DNA of 44,005 nucleotides. Source: Vectrevirus T205P4. The DNA is taken from sequence record OZ035727.1; one strand, given 5' to 3'. Of the stretch, positions 1-8,881 are shown in pieces (the stretch's first letter is position 1; the number at the start of each line of letters is the position of its first letter). The notes under the pieces were generated by a model. It searched no databases and was not told the origin of the DNA. It was given only the letters and a program-made list of their open reading frames with translations. A program made the translations under genes and the position numbers.

Positions 1-46
1 TAATAAGTTCAAGATTTGGAGAGAGAAGCGTGAGCGTACACAATAA
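1..46 (+). CDS. Possible 3' end of the holin gene that begins at 43857 (valid only if window end and start are contiguous in the real genome)
   Basis: The 43857 ORF runs off the window end in frame; continuing at base 1 gives ...YNKFKIWREKRERTQ and a stop at 44-46, a basic tail like that of T7 gp17.5. Inference only. Confidence 0.3.
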   Translation, partial: NKFKIWREKRERTQ

Positions 47-329
47 ACATGCAGCTACAGAGGATGAGGTTGGCATTCTGCATGGTGCTATTACCAAAAT
101 CTTCAATAAGAAAGCACAGGCAATACTGGACACTATAGAAGAAGACCCTGATGCAGCATTACATTTAGTGTCTGGTAAGGATATTGGTGCGATGTGTAAG
201 TGGGTTCTTGATAACGGCATTACCGCCACACCTGCTGCACAGCAGGAAGAGTCCAAGTTATCTAAGCGCCTCAAGGCTATCCGAGAGGCATCCAGTGGTA
301 AGATAATTCAATTCACTAAGGAGGATTGA
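30..329 (+). CDS. Terminase small subunit (DNA maturase A-like), 99 aa, GTG start
   Basis: GGAGAGAGAAG RBS before GTG at 30; 4-nt overlap with the large terminase gene; size and position match T7 gp18-type. No motif-level confirmation. Confidence 0.55.
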   Translation: MSVHNKHAATEDEVGILHGAITKIFNKKAQAILDTIEEDPDAALHLVSGKDIGAMCKWVLDNGITATPAAQQEESKLSKRLKAIREASSGKIIQFTKED

Positions 330-2227
330 TGGCTAAGGCAAGAGAATCACAAGCGGAGGCTCTTGCCAGATGGGAGATGCTACAGGAGTTACAGCAGACC
401 TTTCCTTACACAGCGGAAGGTTTGCTTCTCTTTGCAGATACAGTTATTCATAACTTAATTGCAGGCAACCCTCATCTGATTCGTATGCAGGCGGATATCT
501 TGAAGTTCCTATTTTACGGACACAAGTACCGCCTCATCGAAGCGCCTCGTGGTATCGCTAAGACAACATTATCAGCAATCTATACGGTATTCCGTATTAT
601 TCATGAACCGCATAAGCGTATCATGGTTGTGTCCCAAAACGCCAAGCGAGCAGAGGAAATCGCAGGTTGGGTAGTTAAAATCTTCCGTGGCTTAGACTTT
701 CTTGAGTTTATGCTGCCGGATATCTACGCTGGGGACCGTGCATCCGTTAAGGCGTTTGAGATTCATTACACCCTCCGTGGTAGTGATAAGTCTCCTTCTG
801 TATCCTGTTACTCAATCGAAGCAGGTATGCAGGGTGCTCGTGCTGATATTATTCTAGCGGATGACGTAGAGTCGATGCAGAATGCTCGTACGGCAGCGGG
901 CCGTGCCTTGCTTGAGGAACTGACTAAGGAGTTTGAATCTATCAACCAGTTTGGGGATATCATTTACCTTGGTACACCTCAGAACGTAAACTCTATCTAC
1001 AACAACCTACCTGCTCGTGGTTACTCTGTTCGTATCTGGACTGCGCGTTACCCTTCAGTAGAGCAAGAGCAATGTTATGGCGACTTCCTTGCACCTATGA
1101 TTGTTCAAGATATGAAGGACAACCCAGCACTTCGCTCAGGGTACGGGTTGGATGGTAATAGTGGTGCACCTTGTGCCCCTGAAATGTATGATGATGAAGT
1201 CCTGATTGAGAAGGAAATCTCTCAGGGTGCTGCTAAGTTCCAGCTTCAGTTCATGCTTAACACTCGCATGATGGATGCTGACAGATACCCATTACGCCTG
1301 AACAATCTAATCTTCACCTCGTTTGGTACAGAGGAAGTCCCTGTGATGCCTACGTGGAGTAATGATTCCATAAACATCATTGGTGATGCACCTAAGTATG
1401 GTAACAAGCCTACGGATTTCATGTACAGACCTGTAGCTCGCCCATACGAATGGGGTGCTGTCTCCCGCAAGATTATGTATATTGACCCTGCGGGTGGTGG
1501 TAAGAATGGGGACGAGACGGGTGTAGCCATCGTATTCCTGCACGGCACATTCATTTATGTGTATCAGTGCTTTGGTGTACCTGGCGGATACCGAGAATCG
1601 TCCCTGAATCGCATTGTGCAGGCCGCAAAGCAGGCTGGTGTTAAAGAGGTATTCATTGAGAAGAACTTTGGTCATGGCGCGTTTGAGGCGGTAATTAAGC
1701 CGTACTTTGAACGAGAGTGGCCTGTAACTCTGGAAGAGGATTACGCCACCGGACAGAAAGAGTTGCGTATCATTGAGACGCTGGAGCCGCTCATGGCAGC
1801 CCATAGGCTTATCTTCAATGCAGAGATGGTGAAGTCAGACTTTGAGTCGGTACAGCACTATCCGCTTGAACTACGCATGTCCTACAGTCTTTTCAATCAA
1901 ATGTCGAACATAACGATTGAGAAGAACAGCCTCCGGCACGATGACCGCCTAGACGCCCTGTATGGCGCTATACGGCAATTAACTTCTCAGATAGACTATG
2001 ACGAGGTTACACGGATTAATCGCCTCAGAGCGCAGGAGATGCGCGATTACATCCATGCTATGAATACACCTCATCTACGCAGGGCAATGCTATATGGAGA
2101 TTACGGTACTGAGCGAAGAGTGACCAACACTTCCGTAGCGATGCAGCAGCGAGTTTACGGGCAGAACTGCCGAAATAAATCGGCAAGCAGAAATACACTT
2201 TCTGCAAGGATTTCAAGGACTTATTAA
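326..2227 (+). CDS. Terminase large subunit (T7 gp19-like), 633 aa
   Basis: Long ORF with ATPase-type P-loop-like region (EAPRGIAKTT) and the size and position expected of a T7-group large terminase. Confidence 0.92.
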   Translation: MMAKARESQAEALARWEMLQELQQTFPYTAEGLLLFADTVIHNLIAGNPHLIRMQADILKFLFYGHKYRLIEAPRGIAKTTLSAIYTVFRIIHEPHKRIMVVSQNAKRAEEIAGWVVKIFRGLDFLEFMLPDIYAGDRASVKAFEIHYTLRGSDKSPSVSCYSIEAGMQGARADIILADDVESMQNARTAAGRALLEELTKEFESINQFGDIIYLGTPQNVNSIYNNLPARGYSVRIWTARYPSVEQEQCYGDFLAPMIVQDMKDNPALRSGYGLDGNSGAPCAPEMYDDEVLIEKEISQGAAKFQLQFMLNTRMMDADRYPLRLNNLIFTSFGTEEVPVMPTWSNDSINIIGDAPKYGNKPTDFMYRPVARPYEWGAVSRKIMYIDPAGGGKNGDETGVAIVFLHGTFIYVYQCFGVPGGYRESSLNRIVQAAKQAGVKEVFIEKNFGHGAFEAVIKPYFEREWPVTLEEDYATGQKELRIIETLEPLMAAHRLIFNAEMVKSDFESVQHYPLELRMSYSLFNQMSNITIEKNSLRHDDRLDALYGAIRQLTSQIDYDEVTRINRLRAQEMRDYIHAMNTPHLRRAMLYGDYGTERRVTNTSVAMQQRVYGQNCRNKSASRNTLSARISRTY

Positions 2228-2247
2228 TTACTGGACACTATAGAAGG
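2226..2247 (+). promoter_or_regulatory. Phage RNAP promoter P1 (AATTACTGGACACTATAGAAGG)
   Basis: Matches the window-wide 23-nt consensus; sits immediately after the terminase stop. Confidence 0.7.
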
Positions 2248-2379
2248 AAGGCCCAGATAATAAGAGAAATAACAAGGATAATATAGTTAACCTAGGTTAT
2301 ATAGGTTACTATAGTATGGGTGTACTCCTGTACACCCTATTCCTACTTACTATTTACTTATATGTATAAGGAGTATTAG

Positions 2380-2661
2380 ATGGCTAATGATTATAGTGAT
2401 CAACCTTTAACTGGTCGATATGACCGTAAGCAGATTACACCGACCAGTGAGGCATTAATGCTCCCTGTTGTTACAGAGGAGTCTATTACGAAGAAAGCCA
2501 ATGTTATCAATGATGCAACCAAATCTGGTAAACAGAAAGCAGCAATGGTATGTCGTCCTGTAGGTGGCACTCTTGAGATTGCCATTGCTACTGGTAGCAA
2601 AGAGGATGCAGATTGGTTGTCTGTTAAAATGGACAGCGTTGGTCTTATTACACCGGCTTAA
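2380..2661 (+). CDS. Hypothetical protein, 93 aa, paralog A of a tandem pair
   Basis: AAGGAG RBS; shares a motif skeleton (SGKQK-AMV ... IAIA-GS ... W ... TP) with the next ORF. Confidence 0.6.
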   Translation: MANDYSDQPLTGRYDRKQITPTSEALMLPVVTEESITKKANVINDATKSGKQKAAMVCRPVGGTLEIAIATGSKEDADWLSVKMDSVGLITPA

Positions 2662-2678
2662 TAAAAGGAGAAGATAAT

Positions 2679-2966
2679 ATGTCTAAGTATGGCGATGCAG
2701 GTACGACTACTGGTCAGGTTTTTCGTGTAAAAGCAGTACAAACTATTGCAACTGCAATTCCTATGCCTATCGTGGCAGAAGCTGACCTTAAAAAGAAAGA
2801 TCATCCAATTAATATTGAACACCTATCTGGTAAGCAGAAAGGTGCTATGGTGGTTGTAGATAAAGGAGATAGCCTTTATATTGCTATTGCGCGTGGCTCT
2901 GCACCAACTGACAAGTGGGATGCAACTACTATGGAGGTGACACCTGTCACTCCAGAAGGGGATTAA
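2679..2966 (+). CDS. Hypothetical protein, 95 aa, paralog B of a tandem pair
   Basis: AAAGGAGA RBS; paralogous to 2380..2661. Confidence 0.6.
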   Translation: MSKYGDAGTTTGQVFRVKAVQTIATAIPMPIVAEADLKKKDHPINIEHLSGKQKGAMVVVDKGDSLYIAIARGSAPTDKWDATTMEVTPVTPEGD

Positions 2967-2968
2967 TA

Positions 2969-3313
2969 ATGCTTAACAAATACTTCAAGCGTAAAGAGTT
3001 CGCTTGCCGTTGTGGGTGCGGTACATCCACTGTTGATGCTGAATTACTACAGGTAGTCACAGATGTGCGTGAGCACTTTGGTTCTCCTGTAGTTATCACT
3101 TCGGGGCATCGCTGTGCTAAGCACAATGCTAATGTAGGAGGAGCTAAGAACTCCATGCATCTTACTGGTAAGGCTGCTGACATTAAGGTACGAGGTATCT
3201 TACCTTCTGATGTACATAAGTATCTTACTGATAAGTACCAAGGCAAGTATGGTATTGGTAAGTATACCTCCTTTACTCATATTGATGTACGTAACGGGTG
3301 TGCACGATGGTAG
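2969..3313 (+). CDS. Endolysin, zinc peptidase M15-type (L-alanyl-D-glutamate peptidase-like), about 115 aa
   Basis: Motifs SGHRCxxHN ... GGAxNSxH ... AADI ... H-x-D typical of M15 peptidases; ATG at 2969 with AAGGGGA RBS (the track ORF starts further upstream at 2915). Confidence 0.8.
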   Translation: MLNKYFKRKEFACRCGCGTSTVDAELLQVVTDVREHFGSPVVITSGHRCAKHNANVGGAKNSMHLTGKAADIKVRGILPSDVHKYLTDKYQGKYGIGKYTSFTHIDVRNGCARW

Positions 3314-3421
3314 GTTGTGTTGCATGGTGTGAACGCATGGTTGCTAAGGCTTCAGAGGAAGGCAACTATGAAGATTGGCAGAACTACTCAACTTTATTAG
3401 CTCAATGGAAAGGGAGATGCA

Positions 3422-3571
3422 ATGAAAAAGCTGTTCAAATCTAAGAAGGTTGTAGGTGCACTAGTTGCATTGGCAATTGCTCTTGTTTCTGTAGGTCTTG
3501 GTGTAGACCTTGGCTCTGGCACGGAATCCTCTGTGACAGACGTGGTCTGCCAAGTGATCACCTGTGAATAA
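3422..3571 (+). CDS. Small membrane protein, 49 aa (MKKLFKSKKVVGALVALAIALVSVGLGV...); possible holin/antiholin-type lysis protein
   Basis: AAGGGAGA RBS 5 nt before ATG; basic N-terminus followed by one hydrophobic helix; below the ORF-track size cutoff. Confidence 0.45.
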   Translation: MKKLFKSKKVVGALVALAIALVSVGLGVDLGSGTESSVTDVVCQVITCE

Positions 3572-3785
3572 GTTTCTAGAAGTGCTGGCAGGTCTTATTG
3601 GCCTGCTTGCCTCTGCTAAGAAGAAACAAGAAGAGAAGGAGGCACAAAGTGAAGCGAATCAGGTTAGTGACAATCCTGCTGATTGGTTCGCTGACCACTT
3701 CCGGGTGTCAGCAGGCGTTACCAGAGAAAGCAATGGTGAAACCTCTGAGGCCGACGCTGACGGAAGTTTACGAGGTAGACGATAA
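3564..3785 (+). CDS. Putative i-spanin (Rz-like), 73 aa, GTG start
   Basis: N-terminal transmembrane segment (FLEVLAGLIGLLASA) then a charged region; overlaps the lipoprotein ORF in another frame. Short for an i-spanin. Confidence 0.4.
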   Translation: MNKFLEVLAGLIGLLASAKKKQEEKEAQSEANQVSDNPADWFADHFRVSAGVTRESNGETSEADADGSLRGRR

Positions 3786-3858
3786 GGTCTGCTTTAGTAA
3801 GCCTGACGCTACAAAATTAGGTTTGTATATTCTTTCGCTAGAACGCGGATATAATTAA
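3649..3858 (+). CDS. Putative o-spanin (Rz1-like outer-membrane lipoprotein), about 69 aa, GTG start
   Basis: AAGGAGG RBS 6 nt before GTG at 3649; signal peptide with lipobox-like LTTSGC; overlaps the 3564 ORF in the +1 frame, as in T7 18.5/18.7 (T7 Rz1 lipobox ISGC). Confidence 0.55.
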   Translation: MKRIRLVTILLIGSLTTSGCQQALPEKAMVKPLRPTLTEVYEVDDKVCFSKPDATKLGLYILSLERGYN

Positions 3859-3887
3859 TACATAGCTTTATGTATCAGTGTCTTACG

Positions 3888-3910
3888 ATTTACTGGACAC
3901 TATAGAAGAG
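3888..3910 (+). promoter_or_regulatory. Phage RNAP promoter P2 (ATTTACTGGACACTATAGAAGAG) driving the tailspike genes
   Basis: Near-perfect consensus copy 80 nt upstream of the tailspike 1 start. Confidence 0.8.
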
Positions 3911-3989
3911 GTAAGATAGCGCCGTTCTTTTGAGCGGCCTATTACTAGCCAATCTTCATAGGGAGGGTTGGAAAGTAATAGGAGATAGC

Positions 3990-5888
3990 ATGGCTAAATT
4001 AACCAAACCTAATACTGAAGGAATCTTGCATAAAGGACAATCTTTGTATGAGTACCTTGATGCGAGAGTTTTAACATCAAAGCCGTTTGGTGCTGTAGGT
4101 GACGCCACTACTGATGATACGGAGGTTATAGCTGCTTCATTAAACTCTCAGAAAGCTGTCACAATCTCAGACGGTGTATTCTCTAGCTCTGGTATTAATA
4201 GTAATTACTGTAACTTAGACGGTAGAGGTAGTGGGGTGCTAAGTCACCGTTCCAGTGCAGGTAACTACTTAGTATTTAACAATCCACGTACAGGTCGCTT
4301 AAGTAATATTACGGTAGAAAGTAATAAGGCGACTGATACAACTCAGGGACAGCAGGTATCTCTTGCTGGTGGAAGTGATGTTACTGTAAGTGACGTTAAC
4401 TTCTCAAACGTTAAAGGTACTGGTTTCAGTTTAATCGCATACCCTAATGATGCGCCACCTGATGGACTTATGATTAAAGGCATTCGAGGTAGCTATTCAG
4501 GCTATGCTACTAATAAGGCAGCCGGATGCGTACTTGCTGACTCCTCAGTTAACTCCCTCATAGATAACGTCATTGCTAAGAACTACCCTCAGTTCGGAGC
4601 AGTAGAGTTGAAAGGTACAGCCAGTTACAACATAGTCAGTAATGTTATAGGGGCAGATTGCCAGCATGTAACTTACAACGGCACCGAAGGGCCAATAGCT
4701 CCTTCTAATAACCTTATCAAGGGGGTGATGGCTAATAACCCTAAGTATGCAGCGGTTGTTGCAGGCAAAGGAAGTACGAACTTAATCTCAGACGTGCTTG
4801 TAGATTACTCAACTTCTGATGCTAGGCAGGCTCATGGTGTTACCGTAGAAGGGTCTGATAACGTCATAAATAATGTGCTTATGTCAGGATGTGATGGTAC
4901 TAACTCTTTAGGACAAGGGCAGACCGCTACAATTGCACGCTTTATAGGTACAGCTAATAACAACTATGCGTCTGTATTTCCTAGCTACAGTGCTACAGGT
5001 GTTATTACTTTCGAATCCGGCTCTACCCGTAACTTCGTAGAGGTAAAGCACCCTGGCAGGAGAAACGACCTTCTCAGTTCTGCTAGTACTATTGACGGTG
5101 CAGCTACTATTGACGGCACTAATAATAGTAACGTAGTACACGCACCTGCATTAGGGCAGTACATAGGTAGTATGTCAGGTAGGTTCGAATGGCGGATTAA
5201 GTCCATGTCACTCCCTTCAGGCGTTCTTACTTCTGCTGATAAGTACAGAATGCTTGGGGATGGTGCTGTATCATTAGCTGTAGGTGGGGGTACTTCTTCT
5301 CAAGTTCGCCTATTTACTTCTGATGGTACTTCTCGGACAGTGGCCCTCACCAACGGTAACGTGCGTCTTTCTACCAGTAGCACAGGCTATTTGCAGTTAG
5401 GTGCTGATGCAATGACCCCAGATAGTACTGGTACATACGCATTAGGTTCCGCCAGTCGAGCATGGTCTGGAGGTTTTACTCAAGCAGCATTCACTGTTAC
5501 ATCAGATGCTCGGTGTAAAACAGAACCTCTTACTATCTCAGATGCCTTACTGGATGCTTGGTCTGAAGTTGACTTTGTGCAGTTTCAGTATTTGGATCGT
5601 GTTGAGGAGAAGGGTGCAGACTCAGCTAGATGGCACTTTGGCATCATCGCTCAGCGAGCTAAGGAGGCTTTCGAACGCCACGGTATAGATGCACATCGCT
5701 ATGGCTTCTTGTGCTTCGACAGTTGGGATGATGTATACGAGGAAGATGCCAATGGCTCTCGTAAACTGATTACACCAGCAGGTTCCCGCTACGGTATTCG
5801 TTACGAGGAAGTGCTGATATTAGAGGCTGCGTTGATGCGGAGGACTATTAAGCGTATGCAGGAAGCACTAGCTTCCCTGCCTAAGTAA
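3990..5888 (+). CDS. Tailspike protein 1 (632 aa): beta-helix depolymerase with C-terminal intramolecular chaperone domain; K5-lyase/endosialidase-type architecture
   Basis: AGGAGA RBS before ATG at 3990 (MAKLTKPNTEG...); repetitive beta-helix-like middle; C-terminal SDARCK...RWHFGIIAQRAKEAFERHGID...YEEVLILEA resembles the autocleaving chaperone domain of endosialidase/K5 lyase tailspikes. Confidence 0.88.
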   Translation: MAKLTKPNTEGILHKGQSLYEYLDARVLTSKPFGAVGDATTDDTEVIAASLNSQKAVTISDGVFSSSGINSNYCNLDGRGSGVLSHRSSAGNYLVFNNPRTGRLSNITVESNKATDTTQGQQVSLAGGSDVTVSDVNFSNVKGTGFSLIAYPNDAPPDGLMIKGIRGSYSGYATNKAAGCVLADSSVNSLIDNVIAKNYPQFGAVELKGTASYNIVSNVIGADCQHVTYNGTEGPIAPSNNLIKGVMANNPKYAAVVAGKGSTNLISDVLVDYSTSDARQAHGVTVEGSDNVINNVLMSGCDGTNSLGQGQTATIARFIGTANNNYASVFPSYSATGVITFESGSTRNFVEVKHPGRRNDLLSSASTIDGAATIDGTNNSNVVHAPALGQYIGSMSGRFEWRIKSMSLPSGVLTSADKYRMLGDGAVSLAVGGGTSSQVRLFTSDGTSRTVALTNGNVRLSTSSTGYLQLGADAMTPDSTGTYALGSASRAWSGGFTQAAFTVTSDARCKTEPLTISDALLDAWSEVDFVQFQYLDRVEEKGADSARWHFGIIAQRAKEAFERHGIDAHRYGFLCFDSWDDVYEEDANGSRKLITPAGSRYGIRYEEVLILEAALMRRTIKRMQEALASLPK

Positions 5889-5895
5889 GCAACAG

Positions 5896-5918
5896 GCAGT
5901 GCGTAAGCACTGCTTTTC
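5896..5918 (+). terminator. Hairpin plus T-tract between the two tailspike genes
   Basis: GCAGTGC-GTAA-GCACTGC followed by TTTTCACGC. Confidence 0.5.
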
Positions 5919-5973
5919 ACGCAACTTTTCTTAAAGGTTATCATGGTGGTAGCCTTTCAGAAAAGGAGGTTAC

Positions 5974-7632
5974 ATGCTACAACGATTAAGTTCTTCACTA
6001 GTGAAGCACAAGAGCAAGCTAATAGGCGCTACCTATAGGCTGCTTGGTGATAAACTTTTAGAGCTAAATAGTGTATCAGATTTTGGTGCAATACCAAATC
6101 TTGAAACAGATAGTACTAATTCCATTCAAGCTGCAATTGATGCGACCCCGTCTGGTGGTACTCTAGGCTTCTATGGTGGGCCTTATAGATTTGGTACTGT
6201 TACAGTGGATAAACCAATTACACTAGTTGGAGATGCAGATTTGCAGTTTGAGTGCATTCGTATCAAGACAAGTAAGTTTCGTAGTTTCTTGACAGGAACA
6301 CTAACTGCTGCGAGATACGACAGTGCATGTCGTGCATTTCAAATCTTAGCCTATGAAGATGGGCAAGATTATGAGGACATCAAGGTACATGGTGCACGTT
6401 TCGAGGGTTTCTTCTATAACACAGACTTCCGAGGCCGCTCTTACGATGCGTCAGAAAGTGATCCTGCTAACAGAGTGGTTCGGGATACCTCTATTATGGG
6501 CTGTACTTCAGTTCAGCCTAAAGATGGTAAAGACAGAGGGCACTTTCAACACGTAGGTGTAACCAATGCCAAATGCATAGGTAACTCAACGTATGGCGGC
6601 AAGAATGCCACTTCTTATAACTTCATTAATGGTAATGGCTCTTTGGTGGTTATGGGTAACTATGACCATGACAATGAATATGGCTCATTAGAGATTGAGA
6701 ATAACAAGATAAGCTATGGTGTGGTTACTGGTAATATCTTCCATAAACAACTATGGATAGATGATACTAGCAACATTAATGTAATAGGTAACACCTGCAC
6801 AGATAGGATTTACATTACTGCACAATCTAACAACTCTGAGAACGTATCAGTAGTGGGAAACAATGTACCACGCATCTACGTCAGTAAGTTTGGTCAAAGC
6901 CCAACAGGTCGTCACCGTAACTTGACCATACGTGGTAATCATATCACTGGCAAGGATGTTCCTAACTGTATATTCTTAGACGATTCTGTGGATTCCGCTT
7001 CTATTGAGGGTAATGATTGTTATGGTGTATCTGGTGTTAGAGGCATAGCCATTACTCGTCATGCAGATGCTAACCATACAGTGCGTCATAATAACTTACA
7101 TGGCACTAACTTGCTCTTTAGTGGTTCGGGTGGCAAAGTTTATAGTTATGACAACTTTGATGTTGGAGTTGATGAATCACCTGTGACAGACAGAACTGAC
7201 GCAGTGCACATTGACAACCTTCTTCGTGTAAATGATGAGTACCTTGATTTGCCAGGAAAGTACCTATACAAATCTAAGTATACAAGAGACATTACACAAG
7301 GAGGCTCCACCACTATTGAGTTACCTATAACCACAAGTGGTACTTTGGCTTTTCGTGGTATTAGTTTATGGGTTCTTATCCGTAACACTTCTACTGGTAA
7401 CTTGTCTTCTTATCGTGTCGATGGAAGACATGCAGTAAGTGGTTCTTCTGTGACTGTTAGTTTTGGAGAGAAGTATGGGGTATTAGGGGTGAATACTGGT
7501 GATGTTACTATTAGTAATGATGCCTCTACGACTAATCTTATTCGTATCAAGGTAAGCAATGAGCATGTAAGTCAGACAATGCAGGTCACAGTTGTACCAG
7601 AGGTAACAAGCAGATTGGGAACTGAAGAGTAA
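5974..7632 (+). CDS. Tailspike protein 2 (552 aa), right-handed beta-helix (pectate-lyase-like) receptor-binding/depolymerase protein
   Basis: AAGGAGG RBS; repeated VxGN/NxxxG beta-helix rungs (VIGNTCTDRIYIT, VVGNNVPRIYVS, IRGNHITGKD); second spike gene directly after spike 1, as in K1-5/SP6-type phages. Confidence 0.85.
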   Translation: MLQRLSSSLVKHKSKLIGATYRLLGDKLLELNSVSDFGAIPNLETDSTNSIQAAIDATPSGGTLGFYGGPYRFGTVTVDKPITLVGDADLQFECIRIKTSKFRSFLTGTLTAARYDSACRAFQILAYEDGQDYEDIKVHGARFEGFFYNTDFRGRSYDASESDPANRVVRDTSIMGCTSVQPKDGKDRGHFQHVGVTNAKCIGNSTYGGKNATSYNFINGNGSLVVMGNYDHDNEYGSLEIENNKISYGVVTGNIFHKQLWIDDTSNINVIGNTCTDRIYITAQSNNSENVSVVGNNVPRIYVSKFGQSPTGRHRNLTIRGNHITGKDVPNCIFLDDSVDSASIEGNDCYGVSGVRGIAITRHADANHTVRHNNLHGTNLLFSGSGGKVYSYDNFDVGVDESPVTDRTDAVHIDNLLRVNDEYLDLPGKYLYKSKYTRDITQGGSTTIELPITTSGTLAFRGISLWVLIRNTSTGNLSSYRVDGRHAVSGSSVTVSFGEKYGVLGVNTGDVTISNDASTTNLIRIKVSNEHVSQTMQVTVVPEVTSRLGTEE

Positions 7633-7781
7633 TGCCATTAATCAAATCAGTTAAGCAAAGTGCTGTACGTCAGAACACAGAAGAACTCATTCAATCAGGA
7701 CGTGACCCTAAGCAAGCTTATGCGATTGCCAAGGATGTACAACGTCGTGCCTTGAAGAAACCTTCTGCATCTTCTGCGTAA
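7632..7781 (+). CDS. Hypothetical small protein, 49 aa
   Basis: TAATG stop/start overlap with tailspike 2; below track cutoff; no recognisable domain. Confidence 0.4.
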   Translation: MPLIKSVKQSAVRQNTEELIQSGRDPKQAYAIAKDVQRRALKKPSASSA

Positions 7782-7852
7782 GCAGGTTAATATCTTAGTA
7801 TAAACAAGGGCAGACCTAGGTTTGCTCTTAGTGTATTTACAATGGAGGTCTT

Positions 7853-7933
7853 ATGTATATACCTATGGAAGCAATAGTAGGTTGCCTATGCTTGTTGATA
7901 GGTTTCGTTATAGGCTTAATAGCAAAGCCTTAG
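7853..7933 (+). CDS. Hypothetical 26-aa hydrophobic micro-protein (MYIPMEAIVGCLCLLIGFVIGLIAKP)
   Basis: GGAGG RBS 5 nt upstream; a single predicted transmembrane helix; last ORF before the terminal non-coding region. Confidence 0.3.
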   Translation: MYIPMEAIVGCLCLLIGFVIGLIAKP

Positions 7934-7987
7934 TCCTGTACAAGGATTAACCAAAGTCAAAATTTTGATATGGTCGTGTGTGAGGTG

Positions 7988-8340
7988 TCTCGCCCTCGCC
8001 CTCGCCGGATTTCCCCCATACGGGTCCGCGCTGCGGTTGGCTTGGGAATTGGGCTGGGCTGGTCCGTCTTCAACCTGCTGCCGCAGGAAGCTCGACGGGT
8101 GGGCGAGGGCTTGCCTTGTACTCGCTTAGTGGTACACAAGGAGAACGCCTAGGAAGCGCTAGGGCACGCCTTAGTATTGGACAAGGTGATTGCCTTAGTT
8201 CAACCGCTTAGGGCTTACACGGGCCGTTTTAGGGCCATTCCTGAGCGTTTGACAGGGTGTGAGGGCGTGGGCTATCTGTTCGTTTCGCTACGCTTCACTC
8301 ACTGCTCCTCACTTCGTTCGTCGCTGCGGTAGCCTGATGT
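7988..8340. other. GC-rich non-coding block, candidate genome terminus / direct terminal repeat
   Basis: Clearly more GC-rich than the rest of the window by eye; begins TCTCGCCCTCGCCCTCGCC and contains TTTCCCCCATACGGG, resembling the T7 left-end motif TTCCCCCATAGGGGG; no credible ORF. Confidence 0.45.
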
Positions 8341-8700
8341 GTACCTTAGGTTATTACTTGATGGATAGCTTAGGTTATAGCTTAGTGGCCTACCTTAGTT
8401 ATAACCTTAGTGCATAGCTTAGTATCAGCTTAGTAGTGTACCTTAGTAAGTCTTAGTGTCTTCTCTTAGTGATTGCACATGCAAGCATGTAAGATGCCAT
8501 TAGGTCGCGGTCGGTAGACCGCTAAAGAAGGAGAATAGTAATAAGATGCAGTAGGAGGAACACCAGAAACCTAGCCAACCTAGCCTATCCTAGCTCTGTA
8601 TCTATTGCTTTTCCTTAGTCTCACACGTTAGACAACCTAGGTTTGTCTTAGTAGTTGCGACATGTATCACATAAATAATCTATCTTAGTGCGATTTAGTG
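8340..8700. repeat. Array of short CTTAGT/CTTAGG motifs (more than 15 copies) in the terminal non-coding region
   Basis: Motif recurs at irregular 10-25 nt spacing (e.g. agcttaggttatagcttagtggcctaccttagttataaccttagtg...); analogous to the CCTAAAG repeats near the T7 left end. Confidence 0.6.
8618..8633. repeat. Degenerate copy of the 16-bp palindrome (GTCTCACACGTTAGAC, 1 mismatch)
   Basis: One substitution relative to the GTCTCACACGTGAGAC family. Confidence 0.4.
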
Positions 8701-8729
8701 TTGACATAGGCAGTTAACAGGTATACATT
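8701..8729 (+). promoter_or_regulatory. Host sigma70-type early promoter (TTGACA-N17-TACATT)
   Basis: Perfect -35 hexamer, 17-bp spacer, 4/6 -10; position equivalent to T7 A1-A3 early promoters. Confidence 0.6.
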
Positions 8730-8881
8730 AGCAATCAGTCGGGAGCGACATTAAATACTCAGGGTGAATGATAGAGAGCGTCCTTAACTATCCGGCCTAG
8801 CTACTGAAGCCGTTAAACAATGTTAGATAGTGGAAGATGGCGCAAGCATAACCTGCCACGATAAACCAAGGTTAGCGCAAT

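Noticed and set aside
3307-3444. 45-aa Cys-containing ORF overlapping the endolysin stop
   Set aside because: Weak or no RBS and no supporting features; kept out of the feature list, though translation cannot be excluded.
7957-8152. Two overlapping 60-aa ORFs (one per strand) in the GC-rich terminal block
   Set aside because: No RBS, Arg/Pro/Gly-rich translations typical of GC-rich non-coding DNA; region is better explained as genome terminus and terminal repeat.
8340-8700. Possible CRISPR array suggested by the many short repeats
   Set aside because: Repeat unit is only 6 nt with irregular spacing, no conserved 25-40 nt repeats with unique spacers and no cas genes; consistent with T7-style terminal micro-repeats.
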